Under the pieces are notes generated by a model that saw only the letters and a program-made list of their open reading frames with translations, did not search any database and was not told where the DNA came from. Below are positions 14,030 through 27,600 of a stretch of DNA of 64,000 nucleotides, piece after piece. Source of the DNA: Centroscyllium fabricii (lineage: Eukaryota); assembly GCA_051313645.2 (NCBI GenBank), contig JBNRSN020000004.1:239754001-239818000 (forward strand), written 5' to 3'. Within the stretch, counting starts at the first letter, position 1; each line of letters starts with the position of its first letter. A program made the translations under genes and the position numbers.

Positions 14030-17000
14030 GGATTAGCACTTGCACAACAACATCCCACTGATTCATTCTGGATTTTTCTTGCTGCAGAAAGTGTATTGCA
14101 GAACTAAATGGTTTTAGTGATCAGAAACTGATAAAAACAATTCAAATAGGGCTCCATTTCTACGGGTAATTATTACCTCCGTGCTTACTGTCACAATAGA
14201 CAGAGAAAGTCTGTGGTAGCCTATTTGTTAAATGCTATATAATTAAAAAGAGACATTTTCAGCAATCGCGTTTTGCTTTTGGTGGGCACATGAGGTTTGG
14301 TATTGCAAAAAAGCCTATCATATTTTGGAATTACTGAAACGGCAGCCTTTAACGTGTATGCAAGTATTAAACCTTCGATTAAATAGTTGAGGGTTTGATT
14401 AATATATAACTGGATAAATCCCCAAATAAACTGTGGAAACTGAAGATTTTCCGCGTGAGATTGCCAACACTTTGGAACAGCGAGGGATGAGTAAGAAACA
14501 GTAAGAGGAACTAAAGAACAAACATTAGCACCGACCTGCCGCTGTGAGCTTCAATTTAACTGTTCGGAAAATAGAACCGTCTAGACATTCCGAAGTTTAA
14601 TTGCAGGCTCATCGATTTTTTTTAAAGATCAGCTAATTTCTTCTTTCGCTATTTCAGACAAAACACATTGTTCATTCTGTGCAGCTAGGTGCGTCTTTTT
14701 CACCATTCAATTGTATTTTACTGTTATGTCCCAACACGCATTACTTTGCATATAAACTTCCGCTGTGTAGTTACTGAACTCCGATCGCTCAAGCAAGATA
14801 ATAATGTACGTTAAAAATATTTAACTAAAATACAGTTTTGTTTCTACAGCAGTAAATTGCAAAATATGGTAGTACTGGTTACAGCAGGTTCTTTGTTAGA
14901 AAGGGGGAGATGTATTAGTGAATGTTAGCGTTTACTTTTCTCTGGAACGTTGAAGCTGCACATTAAAAAGAAATGGCACATGCACACTTCATATCTGAAG
15001 AAGACACACTGCATTTTGCTCTAAGACATTTACCATTCCGCTGTGTAATTGAACGACTTCAATTAAAACATTAACACCACAAATTTGTCTTTATTTAGAG
15101 GTATCAAACGATTGAATGATAGCGTTCCAGTCAGTGTAGTTCTATACAGGAGACTGATGTGAGAAATTTATTTTAACTGTATATTTTACACCGAGACTAT
15201 TTTCGACGTGATGCGTAACATGGACATTCTTTTTGGTTTGTGACCTGACCCCCGCTGCGTCACCTTCACCGTGGCCTAAGCGACCGAAATGCCGCTTTTT
15301 TTGAATAAAGGCAGTGAGTAATTCTCTCAGCGGCAAAAATGCTGTGTACGCATTTACTTAAAACCATGCTAAATAAAATCAGAATTCGTACGATTGATTG
15401 TAAATGATAGAAATTAACATAAATTTACTTTTTCAAATAAGTGAAACCCGTCTCCGGATTTCAACAAAATCCAATCAAAATCTCTAATTATAAAACGACA
15501 TGGAAGTGTATATATGAGTGTGTTGGCGCATTTCTGTGTTTGTGTGCTTGTGTGTTGTATGCGTGGTTTCCGCATAATTTGATCATTTACACCTGTATTC
15601 TCTGAAGCGAAATTAACATCAGAATTATTTTAAGACTTCACATTTTTTTTAAACACCTGCATCACTATATCATCCACAATATTGCACAGGAAACAATTTA
15701 CTCTATTCAGTCCAGATAATAGATTTAAAACTTCGACAACACAGTGCCCCACCCTATTTTCATCGGAGCATTTTATTAATTGTTAGATGTTTTAATTGAA
15801 CAACCTTGATCGACAAAAACTGTTGCTGAGGCATAACATGATACGTAAAAGACTATAATGTTCACTACGAACACCAATTTCAGAGTTAGATCCTTTACCT
15901 TGTGAAATGTTATTCATTGTTCATGTTCAAAGTCGGATAATTCATTTCAAATTATATAATCCAATCGCTATTAATTTTCATTTGTTGACGGGATTCCTGG
16001 CGCATAATTCTGAAAAGAGTAAAATAGCTGAACTGAAATAAGGTTAAAAATAAAACAAATGAATCATAGTTGTATACTACTCCAGGCATCTTCACTGAAG
16101 TCAGTTTAAGCAGACAAGTTTTTTTTAATTTACTGGCATTGATATTCTTATCGTACCGACACGTTAAACAGCCGTGTGCCCATTTTTGTTCATACTCTAG
16201 ATTTTATTCAAACTTGTTGTACAACAATCGCAGTCTTCTTTTTGTATTCGAACTCGATTCCCCGTTTATTTTGCATTGAAATGCATGTGTAAAATATGGT
16301 TTAACCTGCCCTCGTTGGTTCTCTCTGTTCCAACACTTTTTTTACGATGAACAGTAAGTTACCCCAAAACATTTACCGGTTTTCTTGCAGTAGAATGCTG
16401 TGGCAACAATTAACCAAGTCAGTTAGAGTTGTAGATTTAGTAAAAAGCAAGCTTTAATGAATTCAACAAGGCCATGTTCTAGACTACTTTGTATTTAATT
16501 TCTTGATTGCGGTCTGTGTCCCCTAATTTGTGTTTGATGTGCAACGTCTGTATAAAGTTCTCGTTGAGTGACATTTTAAAATTCCGGAATAGTGTTTATG
16601 TTTTAATGTATTCTATGTTTTAACCCTCAAATGTAAAGAAGTGAAGCGCTTTAGTGCTGCGGGGTTGCCAGTCTTCGGTGGTTGCTTATCCATATAACTT
16701 GCACGTTTACATAAAGTGTATTAAAACATATCTATTTGTAAACACATTCTGATGGGCAAACTGTACAGGGGTCTGAGGATGCCTGCCTATAAAACCGTTT
16801 AATACATAGGCAGTTAAAGGGCGCCATTGTTTTCAGATTTATCTCTAAGATACAAAGCAATTATCTCTCTTCGACCTCGCCAGCTATCTTAGCGAATCAC
16901 AGATAATTATATATATTTTTTAAAAAGACGATATATGTTAAATCAGAGTTCGCGAATGGCAAATATTTGCTCTAGTTGGTAGACTGAAAAGAATTCACTG

Positions 17001-19859
17001 CGCACATACAATGGCCGGTACACTTGAAGGGTGAGGCGTCCTTTTAAGATTTCACAAAGTGTTGCATAGATTTTGTTGATGCAAATTAGAGGTAAATAAT
17101 TGCAAGTAATCTTACTCAGTACTGCAAATGGTGGATATATGAATCTTCCCCTCGAATCTTTATTTAGGAAACAGAGTGAAAGACTCATTCTGTCTGGCTT
17201 TCAGTCTTAAGTTCACGATCTAGGCTAAGAACGAGGCGAACTATGAATGCGGTCAGCCTGCTCTGCCCAGGCTTTGAAATCACTTATTTACTAGAAAACC
17301 ACTACTCGCTCCAGTGCTTTCTGTGTTGGCTCTTTTACCACTGACTGGGCAACGTATCGTTTACCTCATTTGATGCAATGTTTGGAGACGTGTGTTTATT
17401 GCTGGCGCCTTGACGGAGAAATGGAGAAATCTTGCAATACCCACGATCGATACAGCTCGACAGAAAGAAAATGGTCTTCGTTATTATTTCTTATGTCAAG
17501 GGGAACGCATTAAACGTTACAAAAAGTTTTGTATAACTTATACGGAGTTAAGCGATTCCTGTAGCTATTTCTTATACTTATTTTTTTTCTAGTCATGTAC
17601 ACCATAAAACCTTTTCATTTGCCCCAACCTCCTTCTCGGCAGAGTTAATCATATTTCTTAACTGTTAACAATGTCGTAATTAACAGTTACGACCACCTTA
17701 GAAACTAGGAAATAAACTTTTTTCCCGCAAGTCCTTGGTGCTTCAATTACTTCCCAGTGTGTGTGTGTTTTAATGTACACAGGAGCCACACTGCCCTCGC
17801 CCCACTCCTACCCAGAAAGTTGAGACAGGACAGCAGTGTCCTCAGAAACTGCAGAAACCAATACACTATCCACATTACAGTTTTACTGCGAAACTGGGTT
17901 ATACACGCTTAAACCCATTATCTTTCCAAAAATACGCCAACAAAATTATCCAAATGTGTTATCAATTTATTAAGCAATGAAATATTTACCAAGAGAACCA
18001 GATAAATATCCGTCTTCAACACATAAACGCGCTGCTAGTTAGCATTGGTGTACAGTAGCTTGAGCCTTTATATCTGAGACGCTGGTATAGAAGGCAATTG
18101 TTATTTTCCCCCATTAAATCTTTGTCTGCTCCCATGATCATACGTGTCATGGGCACAGTGGGACTGCAAAGGGGAAATTTTTCAATTTTTTTGATAAAGC
18201 ACATTTAGGTTTTTATGAGTTTTCTGGACGACCGTGATAATTCTAAGCAGTCGTTTGTATTAAAAAAAACTAGCAAGAATAAGGAATCCTCTGAGACGGC
18301 CCCTTAGCAAACACGATGCGTGTTCAGCCGGCCTTCATATCCCGCTGACTTTAACACAAACAATATTTTAAATAAGCTGCTTTAGATTAGCAACATTTTC
18401 TGAGCTTTAATCCAGCGCCAGAAGTTAAAATAACAACTATAGGAATAATAGCGCAGAGATGGGGGGTGGCGGCGTTGGTGCTGGGGGGCGGGGGTGGGGG
18501 GCGTTCAATTCGAGCACGGCTTAAAATTGACTTGTAGTAAAACGCAGCAATGCCAGAGACTGAAGATTAAGTCCTTTGTCATTGTGAAATCACACTGTTT
18601 ACTCCGATCCCAACTTAAACTCTACATTTGCGAGCGTCTTTGCTGCTGCACTTGATTACAGAGGTGGCCGAACAAAATACACATAACATGACTTAAGCAC
18701 AGCACTGTCTCCTATTCGGAGCCGCATTGAGACATGTCACATTGTACAGATATGCCACAAAATCAACAATTCGAAGGTAAACACTGCGCACACGCTTCTA
18801 AACGCGCACATTTCCTTAGACCAAAAAGGTGCTTTTGGTGGGGGGGGGGGGGGGGGGCAGTTAAATAATTGTTAATCACTTAATTTCTACCGACACTAAT
18901 ATTAAGGATAATTGCTTCATTTAGTGTACAACTGTCCTTGAACGCCACCGTACTCCGAAAGAAAAGTTCAGAAACCGAAGCTCCCGCTCTGCTCCTGGAA
19001 CAGAGACAGGGGCAGTTGCAGTTTTTGTCTGATTTCATTTCTATAAGTTACCTTTGGATGGGGTGGAGAGAGAGACTCCGGACGAAGCTTCTGTTCCGCG
19101 CCTTGTTTTAAACTTGACCGGTTTGTAGTTGAGATGCTTGTAAATTCTGTTCAACAGACTTGTTTTCTATTTTTAACCCGAAATGATGAGATCGATTTTA
19201 TAGATGTGGTTAATGCTGTCTACTTTAGCCCAGGCAGCCGAATAACACATGGTTAAACATTTAGAAACAAATGCTTTCGATTTCTTGAAATGGTAAATAT
19301 TACATATCAAAAATGGTCATGACTCAATCAACTTCTAATATCCAATGCTGGGTAAATAGAAGGGGAAAGAAAATAAATAGGTTATGTTGCATTATTAGTT
19401 TGTTGTCACTGACCTTTTGCACTTAACCTACAGAGCTGCATTAACCTACTAAACTCTAGACTACAAACATCAAACCAGAAATGCAATGTAGCGACTGTGT
19501 GTTCAGGAGTTATTCTTGAACACCACGCCTCACAGAATAGTAATAGAAATAACAATCAGAAAAGTCCCAGTGTGGATCAGAATTACTGTGGTCATTGTGA
19601 AACTGGAGCAGCAGCCGACTGGGTAATCACAGACAGACCCGTGAAAGTCAAGAGTATTTATGTTTTCTCGCCAGTGAATCTTAGCGCGCGATTAGAAGTG
19701 TATTATAACAGGACTAAAACTTTCCCTTTTTGTCAAATTCATCAGTGAATAATTTCAAATATTAAAATGATTGCTACTATGAACCAGCAATGCAGCTTTG
19801 CACAGTGCTGAAACTTGTGGTGATGCAGCATTGCATATTGGAGCAGAGTTTTTATTTAA

Positions 19860-20130
19860 TTTGAAGGGCGTGATTCTAATAAAGTAGAACCGAGTAAATA
19901 AAGATGCATTTAGAAGCTTTTGCAGTTTACCGAATACATATGGTGACCTTATTGCAGTTCTAGTGACGTAGCCCGCCGTGGAGGAGGGGCTTATGTCCAG
20001 CTGTGCCATTTGATTGGCTCGTTCCGCCCGTCGTGCTGCGGAGGTATCTCTAATCATATTCAGCGTGTTTGCACAAGAAATGTCAGCCTGAACTGGATAT
20101 CTTCTGCTTTCGCCAAATTACCCCACAACA
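19860..20130 (+). promoter_or_regulatory. HoxA10 promoter / 5' UTR
   Basis: TAATAAA, TGACGT, GC-rich block and ATTGG (reverse CCAAT) immediately 5' of the HoxA10 start. Confidence 0.6.
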
Positions 20131-20893
20131 ATGTCATGCTCAGACAGCCCGGCTGCAAACTCCTTTTTAGTAGATTCTCTGATCAGCGTGGGCCGTGGCG
20201 GGGAAGGAACCTATTACCCCAACAGCAGCGTTTACCTGCCGCCTGCCTCTGATCTGTCTTACGGCATCCAGAACTGTGGACTTTTCCCATCTCTGAGCAA
20301 ACGCAGCGAGAACAACTCTCAGAGTATGGTCCTGACTGCTCATCCCTACATGAGCGGGATGGAGGTCTGGTCAGATCCTCCCAGGTCCTGTCGCATGGAG
20401 CAACCTGCAACCCAGCAAGTAGCAGCATGTTCCTTCCCCCAGAATATCAAAGAAGAGAATGCATATTGCTTATATGATTCTGAGAAATGTCCCAAAAGCG
20501 CAGCCGCAACAGATCTTTCCACGTTCCCAAGGCTAACATCAGAATCGTGCTCCAATAGTGACACTACTACTACTAGCGGCGGGGTTCCTGTCCCCGGCTA
20601 TTTCCGTCTGTCCCAAGCCTATCCGACATCCAAACAGACACTTTACAACAACACGGGCCAAGTTGGGGCCTCTCCATTCGTGCCCCAGTCCCAGATCCGT
20701 TTCGGAACACCCCCTTCTTCAGCTTCGACCCCGACTGAGTTGGGGAGAAAGGGAAGTGAAGGGACATCCCCCGGTCATTTAACCTGCGGTTCGGAAAGAG
20801 AAGAAGCAGACGCCCCGGCTTCTTCAGCGAACGAGGAGTCATCTCCAGTCCCTTCAGAAAGCAACAAAAACTCTCCCGAGAAAGAAGCAAAAG
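20131..20893 (+). CDS. hoxa10: Homeobox protein Hox-A10, exon 1
   Basis: MSCSDSPAANSFLVDSLIS...CSFPQNIKEENAYCLYD...VPVPGYFRLSQAY are Hox10/HoxA10 motifs. Donor G|GTAGGT at 20893/20894. Confidence 0.96.
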
Positions 20894-22485
20894 GTAGGTA
20901 AATAAGAGGCAGAGTGGGATTTATACAACCAGCACTCAGAAACGGGTAGACGTGGCAGGTACAGCCAACAAGCGTAACAAAGGGGGGTTAATTCTGACCT
21001 TGTGAACTTTTTTTATTTTTGGGCGTGAGCTATGCTGTAAAAATTAATGCCTGCTATAGTTTACAGCACGAGCCCACGCTCCCGAGTCCATTGTAGTCAC
21101 ATTCTAAACTTGTCAGATAAGTTACAAACCACGAATTCTTTCTGCAGTTATTTAAGTGTACCGCATAGAAGGACATATCTGCACACAGAGTCCAAAGCAA
21201 ACAGAGGACAGCCAATAAATAATACTCAAAGGAACCCAGTGATGTTTTATGATCTAGCGCGCCTTTCGAGAAAACATTTATTTGAAAAAAAATTAGAAAA
21301 GTTTTCAAAATACTAAAGGATGGCACTGTCATATTTTACTTTAAGATGGTTGATACTATTTGACCAGTGCAGATTTATTACTCATCTGTATTTCTTTTTA
21401 AATAGATCAAATTTTAAGTTATGAATCAGTTTTAGTCGTTAGTTTTTACTGCGCCTAAAATCCAGGTGACTAACTACATGGAGATATCATAACAGAAAGA
21501 TGGACCTGCTTTGGAAAAGATTAGTCTTAACGAACTTCCGAAGCAAACATTTGATAAAGTTATTTCAAATAAAGTGAAACAATGAGGTACTGAAAAGGCA
21601 ACAATCTTAAAACATTGCAGCGAAGAGGGCAATATTTCAATGTTTCATTTGGATTTGTTTACTTAAACGAAAAGCTTTGCTTAATTACCTCGAATAATGA
21701 AATAGATGAACACAGGTTTTGTTTGGTATGAAATCTGGCGAGAAACAAGGCTGAAAACTTAAAAGTTGGAAATGATACCAGAGGAGAAGACACGCCTACT
21801 GGTGCTAAGCAAAATATTGAATGTTACCTATAATGGCAGCAAAACTCTCAGTGGATAACTAACTGCGAGGACATACCAAAAATACTAAATACTAAACATA
21901 CTATAAAGGAGAACGAGCAGGATTCTTGTAGAATAAAATGAAACCAAACAGACAGTTTGCACCCCAAGTACATAACAAGCTTAGCAATCGTTAAAAAAAA
22001 ATCTAACAGTATCAAAATAGAATTTTCAAAGTAATTTCGTCTTCAGTTTAAATGCACCTACAACTCACTTTTACACCACGTAGATTTGCATTTCAGAAAC
22101 CCGGTTAAGTCATTAAGTCATTGAAAATATGTTATTTTTGCCTTCCATGTGGACGTGCACATAACATGCGGGCAAGAAGATAATTTGTACAATATTGACT
22201 AAAGCCTAGTGCCATAGGATCAAAACAGAAAATTGAAATTTGAAAGATGTAACATTTTAAGTATTTCATAGCGTACATATATAGTTGTGTTATATGTAGT
22301 GACACTACCATGAAAGGTACAGATAAAAACATCCAGCCTGCCACACGTAGGTACCAATTGAAAATTACATGACGAAACATGATAAACTTTCTTCTCTTTC
22401 TCTCTTCCATCTATTATCTCGTCTATCTCGATTTATCTCTCTGTTTTCTTGTTCTCTCGCTCTTTCTCGCCCCTTTACTTACTAG

Positions 22486-22760
22486 GGGAAGTGAAAGCTG
22501 AAAACGGGGCCAACTGGCTGACTGCAAAGAGTGGCAGAAAAAAACGATGCCCTTACACCAAACATCAGACCCTGGAGCTGGAGAAAGAGTTTCTCTTCAA
22601 CATGTACCTGACTCGAGAGCGTCGCCTAGAGATTAGCCGCAGTGTCCACCTGACTGACAGACAGGTCAAAATCTGGTTTCAAAATCGCAGGATGAAACTC
22701 AAGAAAATGAACCGTGAGAACAGGATTCGGGAGCTCACAGCTAACTTCAGCTTTTCATGA
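22486..22760 (+). CDS. hoxa10: Homeobox protein Hox-A10, exon 2 (homeodomain)
   Basis: Long polypyrimidine tract and TAG| acceptor; [83 protein letters not shown]. Spliced CDS is 345 aa. Confidence 0.97.
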
Positions 22761-23464
22761 TAAACACAAACTTGGTTTACAGATTTTAACGGGACATCGG
22801 GAAGTTGTGCTAGTGTTACTAAAAGACGAAAAACTTTTGCATTTACCTCTGACTTCGCAGCCCTGTGCTGGTTGTAGATATTTACGATTTACGTGTTTTG
22901 TTTTTATTCGTGGCGATAGTCTGTTTCTGTAATTATAATAATAAGTGTTGCCATTGATAAGCAAGGCATGCACAGAAGTTATCGCCATGTTTGATGATTT
23001 TTCCCAACAACTGGGGGGGGGGGGGGGGACTTGTCAACAATCTTTTAATTGTACTAATTACCAATTATCAGCTAAGTAAATCAAACTTTATAATGTTTAA
23101 ATACAGATGATCCATGTTGTTAAAATAGTTCCACAAAGAAGCAACTACCGTATGCTGACATGTTGATAGAAGTTAAATGTGAATATGCTGTAAAGTGTGT
23201 TGTTACATAAAGATATCACAAACCATGAACGGAAGCATCAGAGCACATTTAAATGTGAGACATTGTTGCAACATAAAAAGTAGAATGTCGGACCTTTTAT
23301 TCGCTGCCGCCGATTCACTTTTGGAAGAAAACAAAACAACAAATAGACTTGATTCATTTGGGGTTGAAAAGATGAAATACTCTTACTGCAGGACTCAGAT
23401 TATGCTCAGTCCCATTGCTGCTGCACTGTGTACGTTAACAAAACTTGTGTTTTCATGAAAGATG

Positions 23465-23470
23465 AATAAA
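23465..23470 (+). terminator. Probable HoxA10 polyadenylation signal
   Basis: AATAAA about 700 nt after the stop codon, followed by GT/T-rich sequence. Confidence 0.5.
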
Positions 23471-23589
23471 ACATATTTCGTCGGAGTCCTTTGAAATAGG
23501 TATATGTATATTGTTTTTACTTCAATTTGTGTTCGGGATTTTTTTCTTACCTTATCTGTTGAGGACGTTTACAGCAGGAATGGTGGGTT

Positions 23590-23760
23590 TAAAGACTGGC
23601 AATTACCGTTGCAATCTATTTAAATATTACCTAGACGGTCGTAATTTGTCTGGGCTATATAGCAATGGTGCTGTAACGTTTGTCGGCTTTTGTTGAGTTT
23701 TATGACTTGCTAGTATATCTGGGTTGTTGCTGTCTTGGACGAGTGGTTTCAGTTGAGCGA
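23590..23760 (+). promoter_or_regulatory. Conserved element upstream of miR-196 (probable pri-miR-196 / distal HoxA9 promoter)
   Basis: TATTTAAATATTACCTAGACGGTCGTAATTTGTCTGGGCTATATAGC...GTTTTATGAC, with TATA-like and Hox/Cdx TTTATGA motifs. Resembles the block found 3' of Hox10 genes. Confidence 0.55.
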
Positions 23761-24561
23761 ACAGCCACGAAGACAGAGGAAGCAGAGCACCGCTCGGATG
23801 CAGGGAATTGATTTTCTGTGAGCACAGTACACTCCAGATCGTTTAATCGGCAAAATTCAGAAGAGTTTGAGGATTTGAAAAAAGCCAGCAGATAAAACCT
23901 CTGGAGACATTTATGATGAAGGTGAGGTCTGTAAGAAGAACGAATATTAAGGCCTATTATCCTATATTTTAAACTAATAGGTAAGGGGTTATTTCTAACA
24001 AGCTTGAATTTTATTATATATTTTAAAATGCAAACAGTGCTGTTAGCAAATACAAGTTAAAGTTACTGTATTGTCTATTTTTGGAAGGGATGAGGAGAAA
24101 AGAAAATACATCTCTATAGACTGTCATCTGACTAGTTCTTTTCTTCGGACAAACCTTGAACTCGTGATTATTGCAGTGCAGACAAGTTGCTATGGCTTAT
24201 CATTACTCTGGAATGAATGACATGCATACAGATCGCGTGCAATCCTGCACAGAGATAATGAAGAATCCGCCATATTTAGTGGGCAACTAACAATTATTCT
24301 CCTGCTGAATTTGCAATTAAATCATTCATTTGAATATAAATTCGGCCTGGAACGCAAAACGCAGAATTATTTGGGAAATTATTTCAGGGACCCACAATAT
24401 TGCACGTTAAAAGAATGCCTTTCGCTTTTTGGTAAACTGCATGCGAGGTCGTGACGAGAAGAGTGATGATTGTGCCTTTTCTATTTGAGTAAGTTTGTTG
24501 AATGTACATTTAGATTATCCCTATGTGCGTACAGTGATAGGAATCTAAAGAACTGAGATAG

Positions 24562-24645
24562 AACTGATGTGTGATTTAGGTAGTTTCATGTTGTTGGGGC
24601 TCAAGTCTATCTCTACAACACGAAACTGCCTGAATTACTGCAGTT
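24562..24645 (+). ncRNA. mir196: miR-196 precursor hairpin (HoxA locus, positional orthologue of miR-196b); mature 5p at 24577-24598
   Basis: TAGGTAGTTTCATGTTGTTGGG is the mature miR-196 sequence. It pairs with ACAACACGAAACTGCCTG on the 3p arm, with a basal stem AACTG...CAGTT. It lies in the canonical position between Hox10 and Hox9. Confidence 0.96.
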
Positions 24646-27600
24646 ATCGTCTTCGCCAGTGAGTTCTGTCGCTGGTTTGGAAAGAAACCGCAGCTACTCA
24701 ATAACCACGATTAAAGTAAAAGGTTTCGACTTGATATGACCAACAGTAAAGTGGCACGTTTTGTGACAGGAATACAATGTTTTATAAAAAGAAATGGCAA
24801 CTGTTTCTTAGACAATTTTTTTTCAAAATTAATGCAACTTTGTAAAATATTTTTTAAAGATCAGAGTGCCTTCTATGTTTTGCAAGCTAACACGGGGCCA
24901 TGCATTCCTAACGTTGTTGTCAATTGGGATTTCATAAATGTAATGTTTTACATTAGATTTGTTTATTTCTCCTAAGAAGAATCAAGTTCACGTTTAAATT
25001 AAATATGACCAATTTTAGATTTCCTCTCAGTATATATGTGCTGTTGAATTATTACTTGAAAACACCGATGTTGATCGGCACTATCCTACTGCAGATGACT
25101 GTAATTTCATCTGCACAGCGGCGCAATCGATGCATTGCAGATTTCGTCTTTGTTAGTGATAAATATTTCATCATCATGTTAACATCGCCTAAACGGCACA
25201 TATTTCTTTAGTGCATTCTGCACATAGCTGATCTTATAATTCCCGGTGAAAATCGGAAATAAAAAGGGGCTGCGCCAAGTGATTTAGGATACGCGTTTTA
25301 AACATATGTATTCTACCATGTGCAAGACAAAGAAATTACTTGAAAGACACAAGGCCTCGGTTATGATCATTACATGGCGCCTGGGCGCGGAAATGTGTTT
25401 TGTTCTTGAAAACAGCGACCTCGGCGGAGTGTAGTGGAAGCGCTGCTCGGTCTGTGGCTTCTGCCTCTGCAGGAAACTAGACTAAACACAGAAAGCAGAC
25501 TCGTTCCATTATATTGGCTGTTTAGACGAGACAAACAGAAGCTTTAATCTAAGCATAGCAAGTAAACAAACACCATGGCACTTTATTTTGTTGGTCCAGT
25601 TATTCAAATTGAGACTCCGATTGGAATTAAACCATTTAAATCCAGGACTCAATGAGATTGTACAACATAGGCATTGCAACGGGATAGCTGTTATACGGTC
25701 TTATGAATGAAGAACTAAATTAATTTCATATAACATACATATATATGATAACCTTCCCATGGTAAAATGATCGCAGCAGGTTAACTAAGAGAATGCAAAG
25801 CACTTGTAATAGTGATTGTACTTACATACAGTTTTCTATATGTTCATATAATCGGTTTTACATTACCTTTGTAAGTAACCGACAAATATTTGGCTCAAAT
25901 AAAATGTATTAAGTCTCATTTACAGTATTACATTCCATCATCCACTTTATTCGGTATATAAATGTACGGCGTGTGGTAGAAGGACATTTTGCGCGGGTTA
26001 GAAACATTTATCTTGATTTTTTTTCCTGAAACACAAAAGGGTATTATCCGGGAAAATGTGCGCTGTTACACAATCGAAGGGCGATTCTACCTCAATCCGA
26101 TTGTACCACCTGAAAACTATCTTCGGCTTGGTTTAAATATCCACAAAGAAAAAGGGCAGTCAAGTTAGTGTTGTTCAAAACAGCACTTCTGGTAACAGGC
26201 AGGCCCTGTTAAAATGCAGCCCTGCTCAACCTTTTAGCGAATGACCTTTCCTTCAATTTGCTGAGTTTTGACATAAAAGACTTTGGCACAAAATCGGGAA
26301 TATTTCTTTAATTATTACGTTTCTGAGTAAATTGCGCAAATAATTTTATTTCGGCAATATTATTAAAAGAATAATCTTTCTCAATTCAACTGTGCTTCGA
26401 CTGTGCGAGGTGCATGCATTGCCTTCTTATCTTGTTTTGACAAATCTAATGGTTTAAAAAAATGCTTCATTCTGTTTACACCTCGAATTTCATTATTTGC
26501 GCGTTGCTCGCAATCTTCTCCCAAGGCTTGTATGATATACAGACTTAAAAAAGAACAGAAGCCACAGTAGTTTTAGTTTCCCTTCTTTAATGTTAAATTA
26601 TAAGTTGGCGTTTAAAATGCGGAGCATGCGGTCTAATTGCACAGTTTTAAATGGAGCATTAAATTTCGGACTGGTGCGGGCGGATAAACTAAAAGTGCTT
26701 CAATCTTTCGTAAATAAGCAACACCCCAATATAACGTTTGGTGTTTGAGATTATATTCAGTCATTACTTTTCTGAAGCTAAGCCTTTGAGTGCGGCCAGT
26801 GAACCGGCGCGGCCAGTTTTGAAGCCTCTCGTGCAGACGCCTCGAGGATTTGGTTAGTCTTATTTTACGTTGTATATATTTTACCTTTTAAATCTTTGCC
26901 AAATTATACAATACACGGCAATTAGAATCGCAAACGATGAAAGCACTTTGAACACGCTGCAGTCCTTGCACTCTGCATGGCAACAATTTGGCTTTGCAAC
27001 TTCACACAGATGTTATCTGAACGGGAATAAAGGCGTCAGTATTTGTAGTTTATTCCAAATGATACAACTAGAAAGCCAAAAATGTCACAGCCCGAGGGTT
27101 TTTTTCTGCCTTGAAACTTTTATCACCCAGTTTTATCTCAGTACTGTAAAATTTCTAAACTTTTATATGTGACATTTTTGCCAAGTGGTTCTGGCAACAA
27201 GGTGTATTCAATGAATAGCCTACTGGCTGGGTAAATTCCGCCAAGTATTAAGCACGATTTGTGAGTGAATGCGAGTACTGTACTTTTGACGGTATATTCA
27301 ACTGTTGTCAAAGTTGCACGAATTAATAAAATATTTTGTTAGTTATTTGTAACAAACAAAATTCCCAAGTTTAAAAAAAAGACCAACTCAAAACAGCACA
27401 CAAAAAGCAGTTTCGCTTTATCCTCGTTTCACTCCCCTTGCCACACAATGAAAACAGGAAAAAGTTCCGCTACTCAAATATGCGTCTTAAAATTGTAATG
27501 GGTACATTATTGTATTTCTGTATGTTGCTGAATCATCTGCACCGATTTTGTACGATAACAATAATTTATTTTGAGACCTTTTGTGAATTGCATCCACGCA

